DNA from: Lama glama
Lineage: Eukaryota
NCBI GenBank assembly: GCA_028534125.1
Contig: CM052817.1
Coordinates: 73,782,001-73,846,000, forward strand
Direction of reading: 5' to 3'
Length of the DNA stretch: 64,000 nucleotides
Shown here: in pieces, positions 12,342 through 25,800 of the stretch
Layout of the letters: every line of letters starts with the position of its first letter
Position numbering within the stretch: position 1 is the first letter of the stretch
Translations under genes and position numbers: made by a program
Notes under the pieces: generated by a model
What the model saw: the letters and a program-made list of their open reading frames with translations, nothing else
Databases searched by the model: none
Told to the model about the DNA's origin: nothing

Positions 12342-13176
12342 GCAAATAATAATTTGCCATGGAGAGGAATAACATTGAAAATATTTAATAACCAGTTGGT
12401 AGAGGCACCTATTGGTCACAATGGAACTACTGTAACGACAAATAATGCTGTACTTATTGGCACCCTCCAGGTATCAACCCAGGCTGCGAATCTCTTTGTT
12501 TTTTTCATACCAACAAGGAGAAAATACATGTACTCTCATACCTACATGCAGCCAGACTATTTTAGGAAAACATGGAAACAATATATTGGAAAGCACCTCG
12601 AGGCATGGACACAGGGTCCCATAATCCTGTGTTGTTGATTTATTTATGTGAGAAGGTAAAAGCTTGCCTGTGAAATTTGCAGTGGCGTCAAAGTGCTGCC
12701 AGCCCTGCCCCAGTTATCCAGAGGCATGTGTCACAGTCTCTGGTGGACTGTTCTCTCCTGAAATAGCATCAGTAAGTTAAGGAAGGATAATTTCCCATGT
12801 CTTTAGGACCTGGAGTGAATCTTTATTGCCTTCTTACTTTATACGTTTGGTGACAGTAAATAGCTCCCCTTCCTCTAGCCAGGATATTATCTTAGCTCCA
12901 GTTGCCTACATCTTTTAAATATGCTATTGGAAAGACTGCAAAAATAGATTTATCTCTTACTTCTCTCTTTGTCTCGCACCATCCCAAACCCAGGCGTCTG
13001 TGGTCACCAGAGTGAACTTTCCGAAATGGAAATGTGACCCCAGCCCCAAACCATTCAGTTCTTCTGCCTCACCTATAACAAAGTCCTGAAGGTGATTTAA
13101 AAAATTGAGCTTTTTAAAAAAAATACGCATGTGCTTGGGCTTCATATGTGGAGAGTCTGATTCAGTAGAGGTTGGT

Positions 13177-13529
13177 GGTGCTGTAACAAGTGATCACAAA
13201 TGCAGTGGCTTGAAATAACACGTATTTATTCTTTTATAATTTTAGAGGTCTGAAGTCTAAAATTAGATCCCCAGGGCTAAAACCAATGTATTGGGACTGC
13301 TGGTTCCTGTTGGAGGCTCTGAGTGAGAAGCGATGTGGTGTCTCCTCTCCTCTCTGACCTTCTGCTTCCTTCTTATAAAAACCTTTGTGATTACATCAGA
13401 CCCACTTGGATAATCTCCCCATTAACTTAGTCACATCCGCAAAATTCCCTTTGTCATATGACGTTACATTTACAGGTCCCAGGGATTAGGATGTGGACAT
13501 ATTTGGGATCCGTTGTTCAGACTACTGCA
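13177..13529 (-). mobile_element. MaLR solo LTR (MLT1B/C-like)
   Basis: GCTGTAACAA..CACAAA..GTGGCTTGAAATAACAC..ATTTATTC start; CACTTGGATAATCTCCCCAT..TACAGGTCCCAGGGATTAGGATGTGGACATATTTGGG..TTCAGACTACTGCA end. Confidence 0.8.
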
Positions 13530-15357
13530 GGCTGTGCATACCAGCGGACCCTTGAAAAGTGAACCCAAGGAAGAAGTCTGAGCAAGCGCTGGAACCACAC
13601 TTGGGGCTGCATGTGCGGTGTGTGGTCTGGAAGCAGGGGAGCTGCAGGATCAAGACGGGCTTGTCCCTTGGCCCTCTGGATCCCCTCGCTGCTCAGAGAG
13701 AGGAGGTCCCTTTAAAGTTCAGGACCCAGGACAGGAGCCTAAGGATCCCAAGTCTCCTCTCCCCTTTTCTTCTCGCAACCCCGGCAACTTCCCTTTCTCC
13801 TTTCTCCTGATCTATACACGAGATTCTGTCAGAGGAAAACATGTATGCAAATTGTTTTATTCTATTCAAAGTTCTTTTTTTCTTTCTACATCCCTGCCTT
13901 TTACTTGTCGTGAAAGAGCGCCATTCCAACCCACACAATGTTTTTAACCATCCTCACTGGCTTTCCCTTCCTTTGAATCTCTAATTCTATCCTTCCGCCA
14001 CCTCTTCAGTTCTTAAAATACACAAGATTTCACCTGTTTGCTGTGTTTTAAAAAAATATCACCCAGCTAGCAAGTTATCCCTGAATCCTACAAAACTGTC
14101 AGTTCATGCCTCTTGTAATATTTCTTGCTTTAAAAATTTCCACCATCATTTGAAACTTACAGGTTTTCTTTTGTAATCAAATTTAAAATTACTTTTCGTT
14201 CTTCTGGTATCCTCCATACTTTGCTGTGTCTTGACCATGTTGAATAATGTTTCCACACATATACAGAATTTTTTGAAAAAGCTATTTTGCTCTCCTTGTA
14301 AGTTTTTGAAAATCCCTGAAGTTTCATCTTTGTTTTTACTTCTTCTCATTCATGAGTGGAATTTTTAAAGGGAATCAACTGTGTTTAGGACTCTGACATA
14401 ATTTTGAGAGAATTGTTGTGTTTGAGAGTTTATGAATTACTTCATAGGTTTTCTTTTTTAATAAAGTTTGGTAGATTTTTACCTTAATGAAATATTACAT
14501 ATTGCAGAGGGCCTAATGAAAAGAAAATTTGCCAATTTAAACTTAGTTTCAAACTCATGTTATAAAAGTTCGGTGCTTTTTAAAAAAAAAATCTATGACT
14601 ACATAATGTTATCATGTGACCATAGTATATGCTCCACGAGGGCAGATGTCTGTCTTGTTTACAATTGTCTCCAGTGATGGTCCAGCTGCCAGTGCTTGGA
14701 TTTTTACTAAATAATCAAGTGAATATGAGAATTAATGACTGATAGAATTTCAGAATGGCTTTTAAGAAGAACAATGTAAAGATGTTCCTTGTAAATCATG
14801 CTACCTCAATCAGAACATTGAAATATAGGTTTTTAAATTTTCAATCAGATTTGCAATCTCTCCCAGCCTATTCTGCTATGAGTAATAATTTATACCTTCA
14901 AGATTATTAAACTGTGTATATTCAAGGTCATGGTCATCTGTTTAAATAGTTTATGAATTGATAAATACAGGAGATATTATACAAATATTTTATATAGATA
15001 TTATATATAGTGAGAATTCTATTATTATAGAATTATATAGCTGTTAAGACACTGAATATGTGTTAGGTGTTGAGAAATGTGAATCTCTGGTACCGAAATG
15101 AAGACAGGAAATGAGGGAGATACTTCTTCCCTTTCTCCTCATTTTTCAAAAAATTGTGGGTGGGAATTGGTTAACTGTGATTTTGTCTAGTTTTATAGTG
15201 GCAAATACATGTATGACTTCTTCAGCGTGAAGATACGTTACATTTTTACCATCTCAAAGTTCTGCTTCATAGTATTCTCTCTTCCCTTGTCTTGTATTGG
15301 TCCCTGGTTTAAACTTTGCAAATGATTGAAGATACCTATCTTACTGTTTGTCCTCAG

Positions 15358-15456
15358 AATGGCTTCACTCCTTTATACATGGCTGCCCAAGAGAACCACA
15401 TTGATGTTGTGAAATATTTGCTAGAAAATGGAGCTAATCAGAGCACTGCTACTGAG
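15358..15456 (+). CDS. ANK2: ANK2 exon 5 (99 nt): [33 protein letters not shown]
   Basis: tcctcag| acceptor, |gtaaga donor; one 33-aa ankyrin repeat, phase 0. Confidence 0.97.
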
Positions 15457-15950
15457 GTAAGACTGTCAACTCGAAAGACTTGAATTCTTTGATCTTAGTG
15501 TCCATATTCTTTGTATCCAGCTGCAAAGGGTCTCCACTGCCTTTTATCCTAGGAGTGTTTGTGTTACTATTGCAACCTGCGACAGTGGCCATGAACAAAT
15601 GACCCAGTGCACAGAGTTCGATGAGTTTATGCCTTGATTTGGGATTCATGTCAATTTATTCTTACACGAAATTGTGCTTCTATCAGTTTGCCCTTCTCTA
15701 ACTTTTAGAAACTTTATACTGTTCTAAAATTAGATTATAGTAAATTCTACCCATCCCTTTTTGTTAATATTTTATCTTTGTTAGAATCTAATACAATTCC
15801 TTAAAGGAACATTTTTAATGATTATCATTAATTCATAGTTATTTATGTTTGTACAATTTCATGAGGAATGTGTCACTAAAAAGCTGTTCATAACCACAAA
15901 TTATGACATCTGGTTGTATGACTGTGATTATGGCAACAACTGAATAGAAT

Positions 15951-16547
15951 TGATACAGGAAAAATGGGCACAAGAGGATGACACTATCCCAGGTCCCGGG
16001 CAAGTCCCTGGGATGCGCCCCACCAGGTAAGGGTCCTTGGCTTCATGCAGGAAAGAACTCAAGTGTGAGCCATAATAGAGTGAAGGTAGATTCAGAGAGA
16101 TATACCCTGTAGACAGAGTGCAGGCTGTCTCTCAGAAGGCCAGAAAGACCGAAAAGTGTGGGAGGTATTTAGTTTAAGGTAAAAGTAGATACACACTCTG
16201 TCTGCAGAAGAGTGTGGGCTGTTTCAGGAGGCAAGAGAGAGTGACCACAAGGAGTGGGGTTGTTAGTTTTTATGGGCTTGGTAGCTTCACATACTAACAA
16301 GTGGGAGGATTATTCCAGCTACTTTGGGGAAGGTGCAGGGATTCCCAGGAATTGGGCCACCGCCTACTTTCTGGCCTTCTATGGTTAGCCTCAGAGCTTT
16401 CAAGGCACCTGTGGATGTGCCATTTACCATGTTAATATATTACAGTGAGCTCAAGGTCTCCTGGGAGCTGAGTCTTCTACCATCTTGGTGCTAATTGCTG
16501 TGTCATTCTTTTAATGGTTGTGCCCTGCCCTCTTCCCTCCTGTTTCA
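15951..16547 (-). mobile_element. ERV1-class solo LTR
   Basis: TG...CA ends with terminal inverted repeat (TGATACAGGA / TCCTGTTTCA) and 4-bp TSD GAAT (15947-15950, 16548-16551). Orientation inferred from the antisense U5-like CTTGGCTTCATGCAGGAAAGAACTCAAG. Confidence 0.85.
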
Positions 16548-19500
16548 GAATGTTCCAAATCAATCCTGTTTCAAAACATTCAGAACATCTAGGCATAAAA
16601 AGGGGTTGGAGTGGGCCAACTTAGAACATGACTTTCCTTTTCCTGTGAGTGTCCTCCAGTAAACAGAACATGCTTTGTATTTTCCTTCTCATTTTTGCCT
16701 AGGCAGTTTAAGGAGAGAATTCAATGATTATTTAGAACACTGACTTTTAAGTGAAGCTCAAGAAGTTCTTGAGCTTGGGGAAAATGCCTCAGGGGCCACT
16801 GAAAGGTTAGGAGTAGGAGACACAGGAGGGGAGGGGAAGAGAGCTCTACTGGGACACCCTCTCCTCATCTCCTTCAACCAGACTACACAGGCTTTATTTT
16901 TTCCTATTTCACGTTCTCTGGCTCCACTGATAAAATTTTAAAACTCCTGGCCTGGAGTAAAAGATAACTGGCAGGTGTTTGTTCCGCCCCCCCCCAAACC
17001 TATCTTAATCATTTTGAATGTCTAATATGACCTCCTTTCTGAACAACTGAGTCTTTAGGTGAAATAAACATGAAATCCCTTCTACCCTGCATTGTGGGGA
17101 GAGGTCATTATAATCTATTAAGTTCATGTCCAGGCCCTTTGGGAGAAAACTTTTATTATGGAACCAATCAAAATAACTTTCTGACAACTTATTCTCATTA
17201 GTTAAAAACAATCCCAAGACATCACTATTAATGGGACCATACTTCCTGTTTATGAGAAGAAAGCACAACTACCTAATATGAAATGATTTCCTGTTCTCTA
17301 TTCAACATACACAGATTTTACACTCTTAACACATGGCTACAGCGTGATTTTTATGATTATGGTTTTGTGATTTATTTTGTGACTTTCTGAGACACTAATT
17401 CTTTCAACGAGTAGCGTGTGAATAATCTCAGGCAAAGCTTGGGTAACAATATGAGACACTATCTCTGCATTAGGGCCTCTGAGGAGTGTACTAAAATAAG
17501 GAAATCTGTGTTTATTTCCTTGAAAGCAGAATCGTTTACCTAGAGAAACTTTTACACTACAGAGTTCTCCTTATCAAATAGACAGTATTTCTAGTGTGTG
17601 GTTTAGAGAAACACAACCTGATGGCATTCTCAGCTGTCTCGAGGCTCCTCCAGTCCAAACCTCTGTGGCATCTCAGTCTGGTTCCAGAAATACCCCTTTA
17701 TGTATGTTGCATCAGCAGAGGCCATGTGGCACTGTGATTCTCAGAAAATTAAAACTGTCTCTGATTTCCACACAGAAATGCAGCTTTTGCAAGTAAATCA
17801 CGTAAGGTTTTTGACTCCTAGCTTAGACACATATATGCCTGTTACTTGTTTCATTCTTTAAAAATTATTTAAATAACTAAAATTAATTTTTCCTAACCAA
17901 ATATAAATTTAGTTGATTAATTCCAGACTGCTGGTCCTAATGATTATCAAGAAATACACATATGGAAAAACCTTTGCATGTTCCCTTTTAAGCTGTCATT
18001 CTGTAATTGAACATAACATCTTCACAGGGCTACACAGTTGATTGCTGTTAGATATTTAAGGTTGCATTGCTAAACACCTCCTAGAGTCATGTGTACATGT
18101 TTGAATATACCAAGAGAAGATGCTTACCCTGAACCCAGTAGTAGCCCTAATTTGCAAAAATTAATTACTAATCAAGACATTGTGACTACTTTAAAAATCA
18201 GATAACTTTGAGATCATTCAATATGGCAATGAAACTCAAGAAATATTGAAAGTTTTGAGATTTCCCATAATTATAACAATTAGCACCTGTAAATGATGAA
18301 AAAATGAAGCTACTAAATTTTAATATAGATTTCCTTTTCATAGAGCTAGTTGAGATACTTGAAAAAAATCATTTCAAATATTCATCCTTCTCCCATGAAG
18401 TGTAGATTAGAATGGAAGCCATGTGGTGGAGTTTAAATTAAATTCTCTGAAGAGAGTTCTGTGTCCCTCCAATACCATCTTTATAATTCTCTACTCTCTT
18501 CCTTTTCCCTGAATGTTACCAAAATTAAAGGCTAAAAACTTTTTAATTAGGTTCGATACTGTCAGCAAATGCTTTGTCTCTAACAAAAAAATAAAGTTCA
18601 CTCTCTTTTAATATCAGCTATCACAGTGTTGTGGGGAAATCAAATTAAGTATGCAAATCATGATGAACTTGCTCTTTCCTCCTTCACAGAGGGTTTAGTT
18701 TGTGCCAAATAAAGTTCTAAATCTAGACTACTGTCTTTTACCTTACAACACGACATGGTTTATTCTTCCATTTCACTAAGTAATGTGCTTATTTAAAATT
18801 CAATTCTAATTTAAAAAATTCAGTTCTTATTGTGGTAGTGCATATATGATATGCATTTGAGGAAAATGATTTTCCCTCAGAAGTCTGCAGTTACCTTTTT
18901 AAAAATGGTTGTTGAAAACAAATGGAGTAGTTAGATTTGGGTAAATTGCCATTATCTCTAGAACGTAGTCATTAAATATACCATCCGATTGCCCTCATCT
19001 CTCCTCTCTGTGAATGGAAGAATCTAACTTTGAGATATGTTTTCAAGCTTTTGTGAATTAAGGGAGGTTTTCACATAAATAGAGCCTAGAATATATATTT
19101 TTTCTACTTATTTATCACCCTTCTATTAACTGAATACTTGTTTCTAGAGAGGAAACATGGCTTCCAAGTTTTCCAGCATAATTATCCATCTACCCCGGCT
19201 CCTCCAACTTTGATGATCTGTGCTATTGTGTTTTTTTTTTTAATTTCTAATTGAAAGGCTGATTTTTTTTTAGCATTACTTAGCACATAAAATTTTATAT
19301 CTAAATGATCTAAATAAAATATAATTCAACTAAGGGCAAAATTAATGAGTTAGCCTTATTTGCCAAAGAATTTTAAATCATATATGTCCCAGATTTCCCA
19401 AATTAATTGGTAATAGACCATTCCATTAACAGTTATTGTTTTCCCTAATTAATGTAGAGATACTTAGCAAGTTGCATAGTTAATCATATAATTTATTTCG

Positions 19501-19903
19501 CTCTCTTGGCTACCATATCTCTGATTCTCAGTCAGACGTGGTCTCTATTATTTCTACCTTTCCCACATTTTCCTTTCCATAAGCAGGCATTCTGTAGGGT
19601 TGGTTCTAATTTTTATTTTCACATTCAAAACACGTTTGAACACGTGCTATGTACAGTATTCTTTGTTAGGGAATGCAGATGTTTTAAAAAATACGTAGAC
19701 TAGAAATTAAAAAAAAATCTGATGAAGCCAGTGCAGAGTATAACAAATGACTATAATTTGCTTTACTCGTCACAGGAATACTTAATCCTTTTGTTTTTCT
19801 TATCAATTTTAATCATTAATTTAAAAACGAGATGCACTGTTTCTTGGAGTTGACTCCTAGGGTCCCAAAAGTTTATGGGAGATTTTTCCTTCTGTTTTTC
19901 CAG

Positions 19904-20089
19904 GATGGCTTTACGCCCCTAGCTGTGGCACTCCAGCAAGGACATAACCAGGCAGTGGCCATCCTCTTGGAGAATGACACCAAAGGAAAAGTGAGGCTGC
20001 CAGCTCTGCATATTGCAGCCAGGAAAGATGACACCAAATCTGCCGCACTCCTGCTTCAGAATGATCACAACGCTGACGTACAATCCAAG
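19904..20089 (+). CDS. ANK2: ANK2 exon 6 (186 nt): [62 protein letters not shown]
   Basis: ttttccag| acceptor, |gtaaaa donor; lies in ORF 19832-20164. Confidence 0.97.
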
Positions 20090-20527
20090 GTAAAAGCTGA
20101 ACACACTGGTGGAGAGGAACTCGTCGAGCCGCCAGATTCCTCCTGGGGGATGACAAAGAAGTAGGCCGTGGTGATAATGCAAAATTACTTCTGCTCATCA
20201 AAAGAGATAAATTACTTTCAGAGGTATTTCAGAGAAAAAGGGGATGTCTATTGGGTATAGTAACAAACAAAAAACCTAAAGATATTTTTTTTTAAAAGAT
20301 GAGGTTCAGCTTTTTGGAAATCTGCTTATTTATTCTATTTATGATAAAAAGTAATAGAAACAGAATTAGAAAGATACAATTGTATAGTGTTATGGATGTC
20401 TTTTCTCAGTGGAATGCATTTTGGCATGCTAGAATGGTATACCCAATTGCAGAGAGCGGACTGATTGTTTCCTTAATTTTGCACTGTGTAATATCTTCCC
20501 TCTTTTTCCCACACAACACTGCTTCAG

Positions 20528-20551
20528 ATGATGGTGAATAGGACAACCGAG
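20528..20551 (+). CDS. ANK2: ANK2 exon 7, 24-nt microexon: MMVNRTTE
   Basis: ctgcttcag|ATGATGGTGAATAGGACAACCGAG|gtacag matches the known ankyrin-B insert between ...DVQSK and SGFTP... Confidence 0.93.
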
Positions 20552-21156
20552 GTACAGTATTGTGGTTACACCAAAATATGCCTTGTTTTTATTTATTTTA
20601 TTTTTTGTCCAATTAGAATAAATGCTCACTAATTCATACTAATGACTGGAACTTTCATTATTAGGAAGTTAATTTGGAAACTTTGCCCATAATTAAGGCA
20701 AATGGATAATTCAAAAAATTTAATGTAGCATATATTTGAAGCATTATTTAATCAATGATACTATTTAAATAGCTTATTAGAGCATTGAAACAAGATTCTT
20801 CTGCAATATATATTTTACTAAGAGAGCTTATTATGAACTTTTTGCCTGTGAGAGATGTGACCTCCTTTTCATAATGAGAATTCTCAATTTAGTTAGTAAA
20901 GTATGATTTAAGGATGTTTCTCTGCCACTGTTTTATCCTTTTATCTAATTTTAGTTGTCCTTTTTTTTTCTGAATTTTTTCTTACCACATTGTATATAAT
21001 CAGTAGTGATATTGAGCATATCACAAGCAAAACATTTGCTTTTATCTTGCTATCTTACAATAGTTGTCATGAAGTCATGTATTTTTCACATACCTAAATA
21101 AGTACTATCAATCAACAAAATCAACAGAACACTTTGTTCAGAAGCCTCTGAATGTA

Positions 21157-21174
21157 TGTGTGTGTGTGTGTGTG
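21157..21174. repeat. (TG)9 microsatellite
   Basis: Direct reading. Confidence 0.9.
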
Positions 21175-23577
21175 CACGTGAGTGCGTGCAGTGGTCTCTC
21201 CTTGATCGTAGGCTACCGAGAGGCACTGACATAAACATTGTTGACAGTATATTATAAAAATTAACCTGTATTCAAAGGCAAGTGACTACTTATGTAGGTT
21301 GATTTTTACTTTGCTGAGGGAATTCTTTAGACTAACATCTCATATGATGACTGGGTTGTGTATCTATGGGGGTTTTGAGCATTCATACTTAGCACTTACC
21401 GAGTGTAGTATATTTTTAAAACTCCTATATTGTTTATTAACAAATTTACCCATTGAGATGTGACTATAGTTGAATTATTCATATCATGTCTTCTGTTCCA
21501 TATCTGTGTATGGAACTTAGGTCAGTTCCTTATTTTTAAAAAGCCGCAACTGTTTGGTGAAATTGCTCAAGACTGGAATCATACAAATTGACATCTTAAT
21601 TGGTGATTTTGATACTTTTTATTTTTAGGTGATTTTTGGTAATTGTTTAAAGTACATTTTTGAAAGCAGTATTGGCTCTAATCATTCTGTTGAAAGCAGT
21701 AATTTGAACAGATACATACTGAGTTAGCAATATTTCTTTGAGGACAGTAGACTAACAAAGAGGGGAAACCCCTCCATGGATAATCCTGTAAGAAGGTGAC
21801 CCCTGCCTTCCACCTCCAGGTTAATCAGGGAAACGTTCCTCTGAGGGGCTTTTACCAGTTTCGTGCTGATCCCAGAGCCGCAGCCTGCGGCATCATTATG
21901 GATTTTCAGTGAGGCTGTGTCAGATGATATATTAGTTTATTTCTACAAATGGGAAAAATAATATCATTACACTTGAATAATTTGAAAATGATTCATCAGC
22001 AGTCACTGTGTTTTTCTGAAATTAAATTTTAACTTGAAGAATAGATGCATATTCAGGATATGACTGGGCAACAGGAAATATCAAGATAAAAATGAAAAAC
22101 ATCTAGTCGATTATTTCCTAAAATATGAAAGTTTGACATTTTATAAAATGACAGCCAGGTTGTAGAGTGATTTTTCCCCCTCTCTATTGACGCGAGTACT
22201 TGGCATTGTGTCGACACAAAATAAAAATATCATGAGTGCAAGGGTAGGTTTTGGATTGATAGTTACTATTCTTACTTTGTGTCCGGCTTCTCTACAGTCA
22301 GAAGTTATTTGCAGCTAATTTGGCTGTTAGCACAGAGGAATTTCTATTACCTAAAGTATCTGAATGCTTATTTAGGCCATTTTGCAAACAAAGTTACCAA
22401 AGCTGATATATATCAAATGAATAGAAAAATAATGATGGTGATTTAGATAGCATTTCTTAAAAACAATATTATACACATCAAAGTTCATTTCAAATAAAAG
22501 CAAACAATAAAAAATAACCTCAAACTGCAGGATCTGATATCCAGTTTTATGGGAACAGTCTTTATTTTTCCTATAATCTTTTATTAAACAATGAACATTA
22601 TGGAGAGCAAGAATAATGCATCTTTCATACTTTAATAAGAAAAGAATGAATATGTTTCTCCTGTAAAAATGGCAAAAATTTCTAGCTAAATTTTTATTTG
22701 AAAAAGAAATGAAAGGAAATGTGCTTTTCTTCCATTTTAGATTTTCAGACTAATTTTTCAAACTTTCAGAGAGTAGTTTTCTAATGCCCATATAATTGAT
22801 TTAACTTGCTTATTTCATATCAGTCTCATTTTACTGATAAAATTTAGCTTAGTTAACATTCAAAAATGGATTCCACTTCGTTTTTTCTTCATTTTATATT
22901 CATATGGATTACACGTATATTGTTTAATTTTTGTTTTTTTTTAACTTTTTTTCATTAGAACAACGTAGTCTATCTAAACTCTATATAGATAAAGAGAGTA
23001 GAAATATCAGGATAGTGTCAATGATGTGGGATGAATTGTACATCCTCTGTAAGAATTTCTCACAGTATTTTCATAGTTCCAAAGATACAATACCAACCAA
23101 TGCTGTTTTTCATTAAAATAAAAAAACCCAAACCAAAAAACAAACAAAAAGAAAACAGTAGTTTTGAGTTTTTTTTCCTAGAGAAAACATTTTTATTTGT
23201 AATTATTTTAATTCTATGGCTGTAAAAATATGTTGTTTACTCATACTCTGTTTTGCTCTAAAGCTAAACCAACTCAAGAAGCATGATTTTCTGTAAACAA
23301 CAAATGTCATAAATAGATAAATTGTTAAGGTAATTAGAAATAATATCACCAAGAAATGTAGGATATTTATTTTCCTGTTTATATATTGACTTATTTACCA
23401 CTAAATTTAAATGATAGCACTAAAGCTTAAAGAGTCTTATTAAAGCATTTATGACCTGAATTGCATTGATCGCATATTAGGCAGACAGTTACCATGTGAT
23501 TTTCTTCACTAATCCAGTGACTGCAGCATATGGAGGTGAAATGCTTTATTGACTGTCATTTTCCTTGTTTTCCATAG

Positions 23578-23676
23578 AGTGGTTTTACCCCTTTGCACAT
23601 CGCCGCCCACTATGGAAACGTCAACGTGGCAACTCTTCTTCTGAACCGGGGAGCTGCGGTGGACTTCACAGCCAGG
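23578..23676 (+). CDS. ANK2: ANK2 exon 8 (99 nt): [33 protein letters not shown]
   Basis: tccatag| acceptor, |gtatga donor. Confidence 0.97.
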
Positions 23677-24890
23677 GTATGAATTGAAACAGTTTCTCAT
23701 TTTAGGTAGCAGTCAGTGGGCATTTTACTGAAGTAACAATTAGCAACAATAAAGATTTTATTTCTTTTTCCTTACCTGGATCTGTCTGCTTGAAAATATT
23801 AGATTTTCCACATTTTGTTCTTCAAATCACAGGAAGTCATCGTGACCCAAGTGAAAGATAAGAATGTGTAAATTCTCATGCCCACAGATCATTTGCAATA
23901 AAGAGGATGTTAATTCTGACATCAGTATGAACAGTTACGTTTAAAGATCACACCATGAATCATGAATGAACAGCTTCAAGCCAATAAATGATTAAACTGT
24001 TCAAATATTAAGTATAAAATGTATAAGTATATTTATACTATGTCTTAATAATGCTATAGGGCACACTAATTGACAGGGATTTTTTTTTAATGAATTAAGA
24101 ATTTGCCTGTATGAAGAGTCTTCCCAAAATAATAAAAAGACATCATGTTGTATTATATATGTTTAATGGTATGCTTTTATTGAAAAGAATTCACTTTCAT
24201 GACAATTATAAAACCCAATATACTTAATATGAATCAGTAAATGTAATACTCGAATATTTGCAGAATTATAACATATCAAAAAATCAGGTACATATCCTTG
24301 ACCTAATGATGATATATGTTAGCTAATAAAAGAAATATATATAATTCATGTATGTGATATTTTTGTCCTTAGAAGTCTTCTGGACTGAAATGTTATTTTC
24401 AAGTTTTTCATACTGAATTATTGTGAAGAAGGTGTCTTTAAGAATCATCTTATCCATTGAATTTTGATATGTTTATGTGTATTCTATTTTTAAGCATAGG
24501 AAACTTTAAGATTCCAGAATGTTTAAGTGCATGGATATTATGATAAGAAAGATAGACTTTGGACTAGGGCTCTATCCTAGGTAGGATCTGAAAATTTGTT
24601 TCTATTATGTGCAAGTTCTCCCTTTGTCTCTTGACTGTAATGTGTACATTCAGTACCTATGTTGTAATTATTGACTTAGTTATGCAGTTTCATTCCATTT
24701 TTCATTCTCTATAGTGTTTTGTGCTTTGTGTGCTTTTTTGTTCCTTAAAAATCAAAAGCATTAAACCATAGGAACCTCAGATAAAATTGCAAAATAAGTC
24801 ACAATCTCCTTTGTGCTCTTTAACACAAAGTTATCACCATCATGCCTGGTCATACCCAACATGCTCTTGTTTGGTCTTTCCATGGTGTAG

Positions 24891-24989
24891 AATGGAATCA
24901 CTCCTCTGCATGTGGCTTCCAAAAGGGGAAACACAAACATGGTGAAGCTCTTACTGGATCGTGGTGGTCAGATCGATGCCAAAACTAGG
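24891..24989 (+). CDS. ANK2: ANK2 exon 9 (99 nt): [33 protein letters not shown]
   Basis: ggtgtag| acceptor, |gtaagt donor. Confidence 0.97.
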
Positions 24990-25604
24990 GTAAGTGTCTC
25001 TGTTCTTTCAATCTCCTACCATTATTATTTTTTGTATTCTTTTAACACACACTTTAAAATACCAGTCCCTCCACACTGGCAATGCATTTTCAAGGAAATT
25101 GCTTTCTTGGATTTGATTTAAATCTCATACAATATTTAAAGGTTTCACATCATAAGGTGGAATTAATATTTGCTCACAAGTGCTGGGAGGAACAGAATGC
25201 TAGTCCCTCAATGAGACAGTTTTACCAGTCCTTGCTTATTGATTTTCTGTGAACAAATATCAAAGGCTGAACTTGCTCATCTCTGATTTGGTTAATTGTC
25301 AATATCAGGAACTCAAACTCATTAGTGTACATTAAGCTGTGAGAGTGTGGATTTTATATAAAATATTTTAATACATATTGAAAATCTTTTGCTTCCAATT
25401 TTTCCATTCCTAAATCATTTTTCTTAAGTGGTTGTGCTATATGGACCTGAGTAGGAGATCTCCTGTTACGCTTATGGAAAAAAGATACAGTTATTTGATT
25501 GTACTTTTTCTCATGTCAGGTTAGTAAGAGGCAGTGTCCTTCATTCATTTCGAATTTGATTCTGAGTTTTTATGCACTCCCAACAAATAGTAAGTTAGGC
25601 AGGA

Positions 25605-25800
25605 CAATACCATTGTTGAAAGTGCAGACTCTGAAGGCAGACCATGCGATTTCAAATCCTACTTCTGCTGCTTCCTAGCTGAATGATATGGGCAGTGTAC
25701 TTACCTTCTCTGAGCTTAGGCTAATAATACTACCTACCTCATAGGGTTGTGTGAGAATCAGCTCTTAGTGTTTTTGGTTTTATTTTAAGCAGGGTGTGTA
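25605..25800 (+). mobile_element. MIR SINE, degenerate
   Basis: AGTGCAGACTCTGAAGGCAGAC..TTCAAATCCTACTTCTGC..CTAGCTG..GGGCAG..TACTTACCTTCTCTGAGC..ATAATACTACCTACCTCATAGGGTTGTGTGAG. Confidence 0.7.

Noticed and set aside
1..15357. Search for ANK2 exon 4 (KGNTALHIASLAGQ..) or a nested protein-coding gene
   Set aside because: Not found; the short ORFs here are low-complexity or repeat-derived, consistent with a long intron whose upstream exon lies outside the window.
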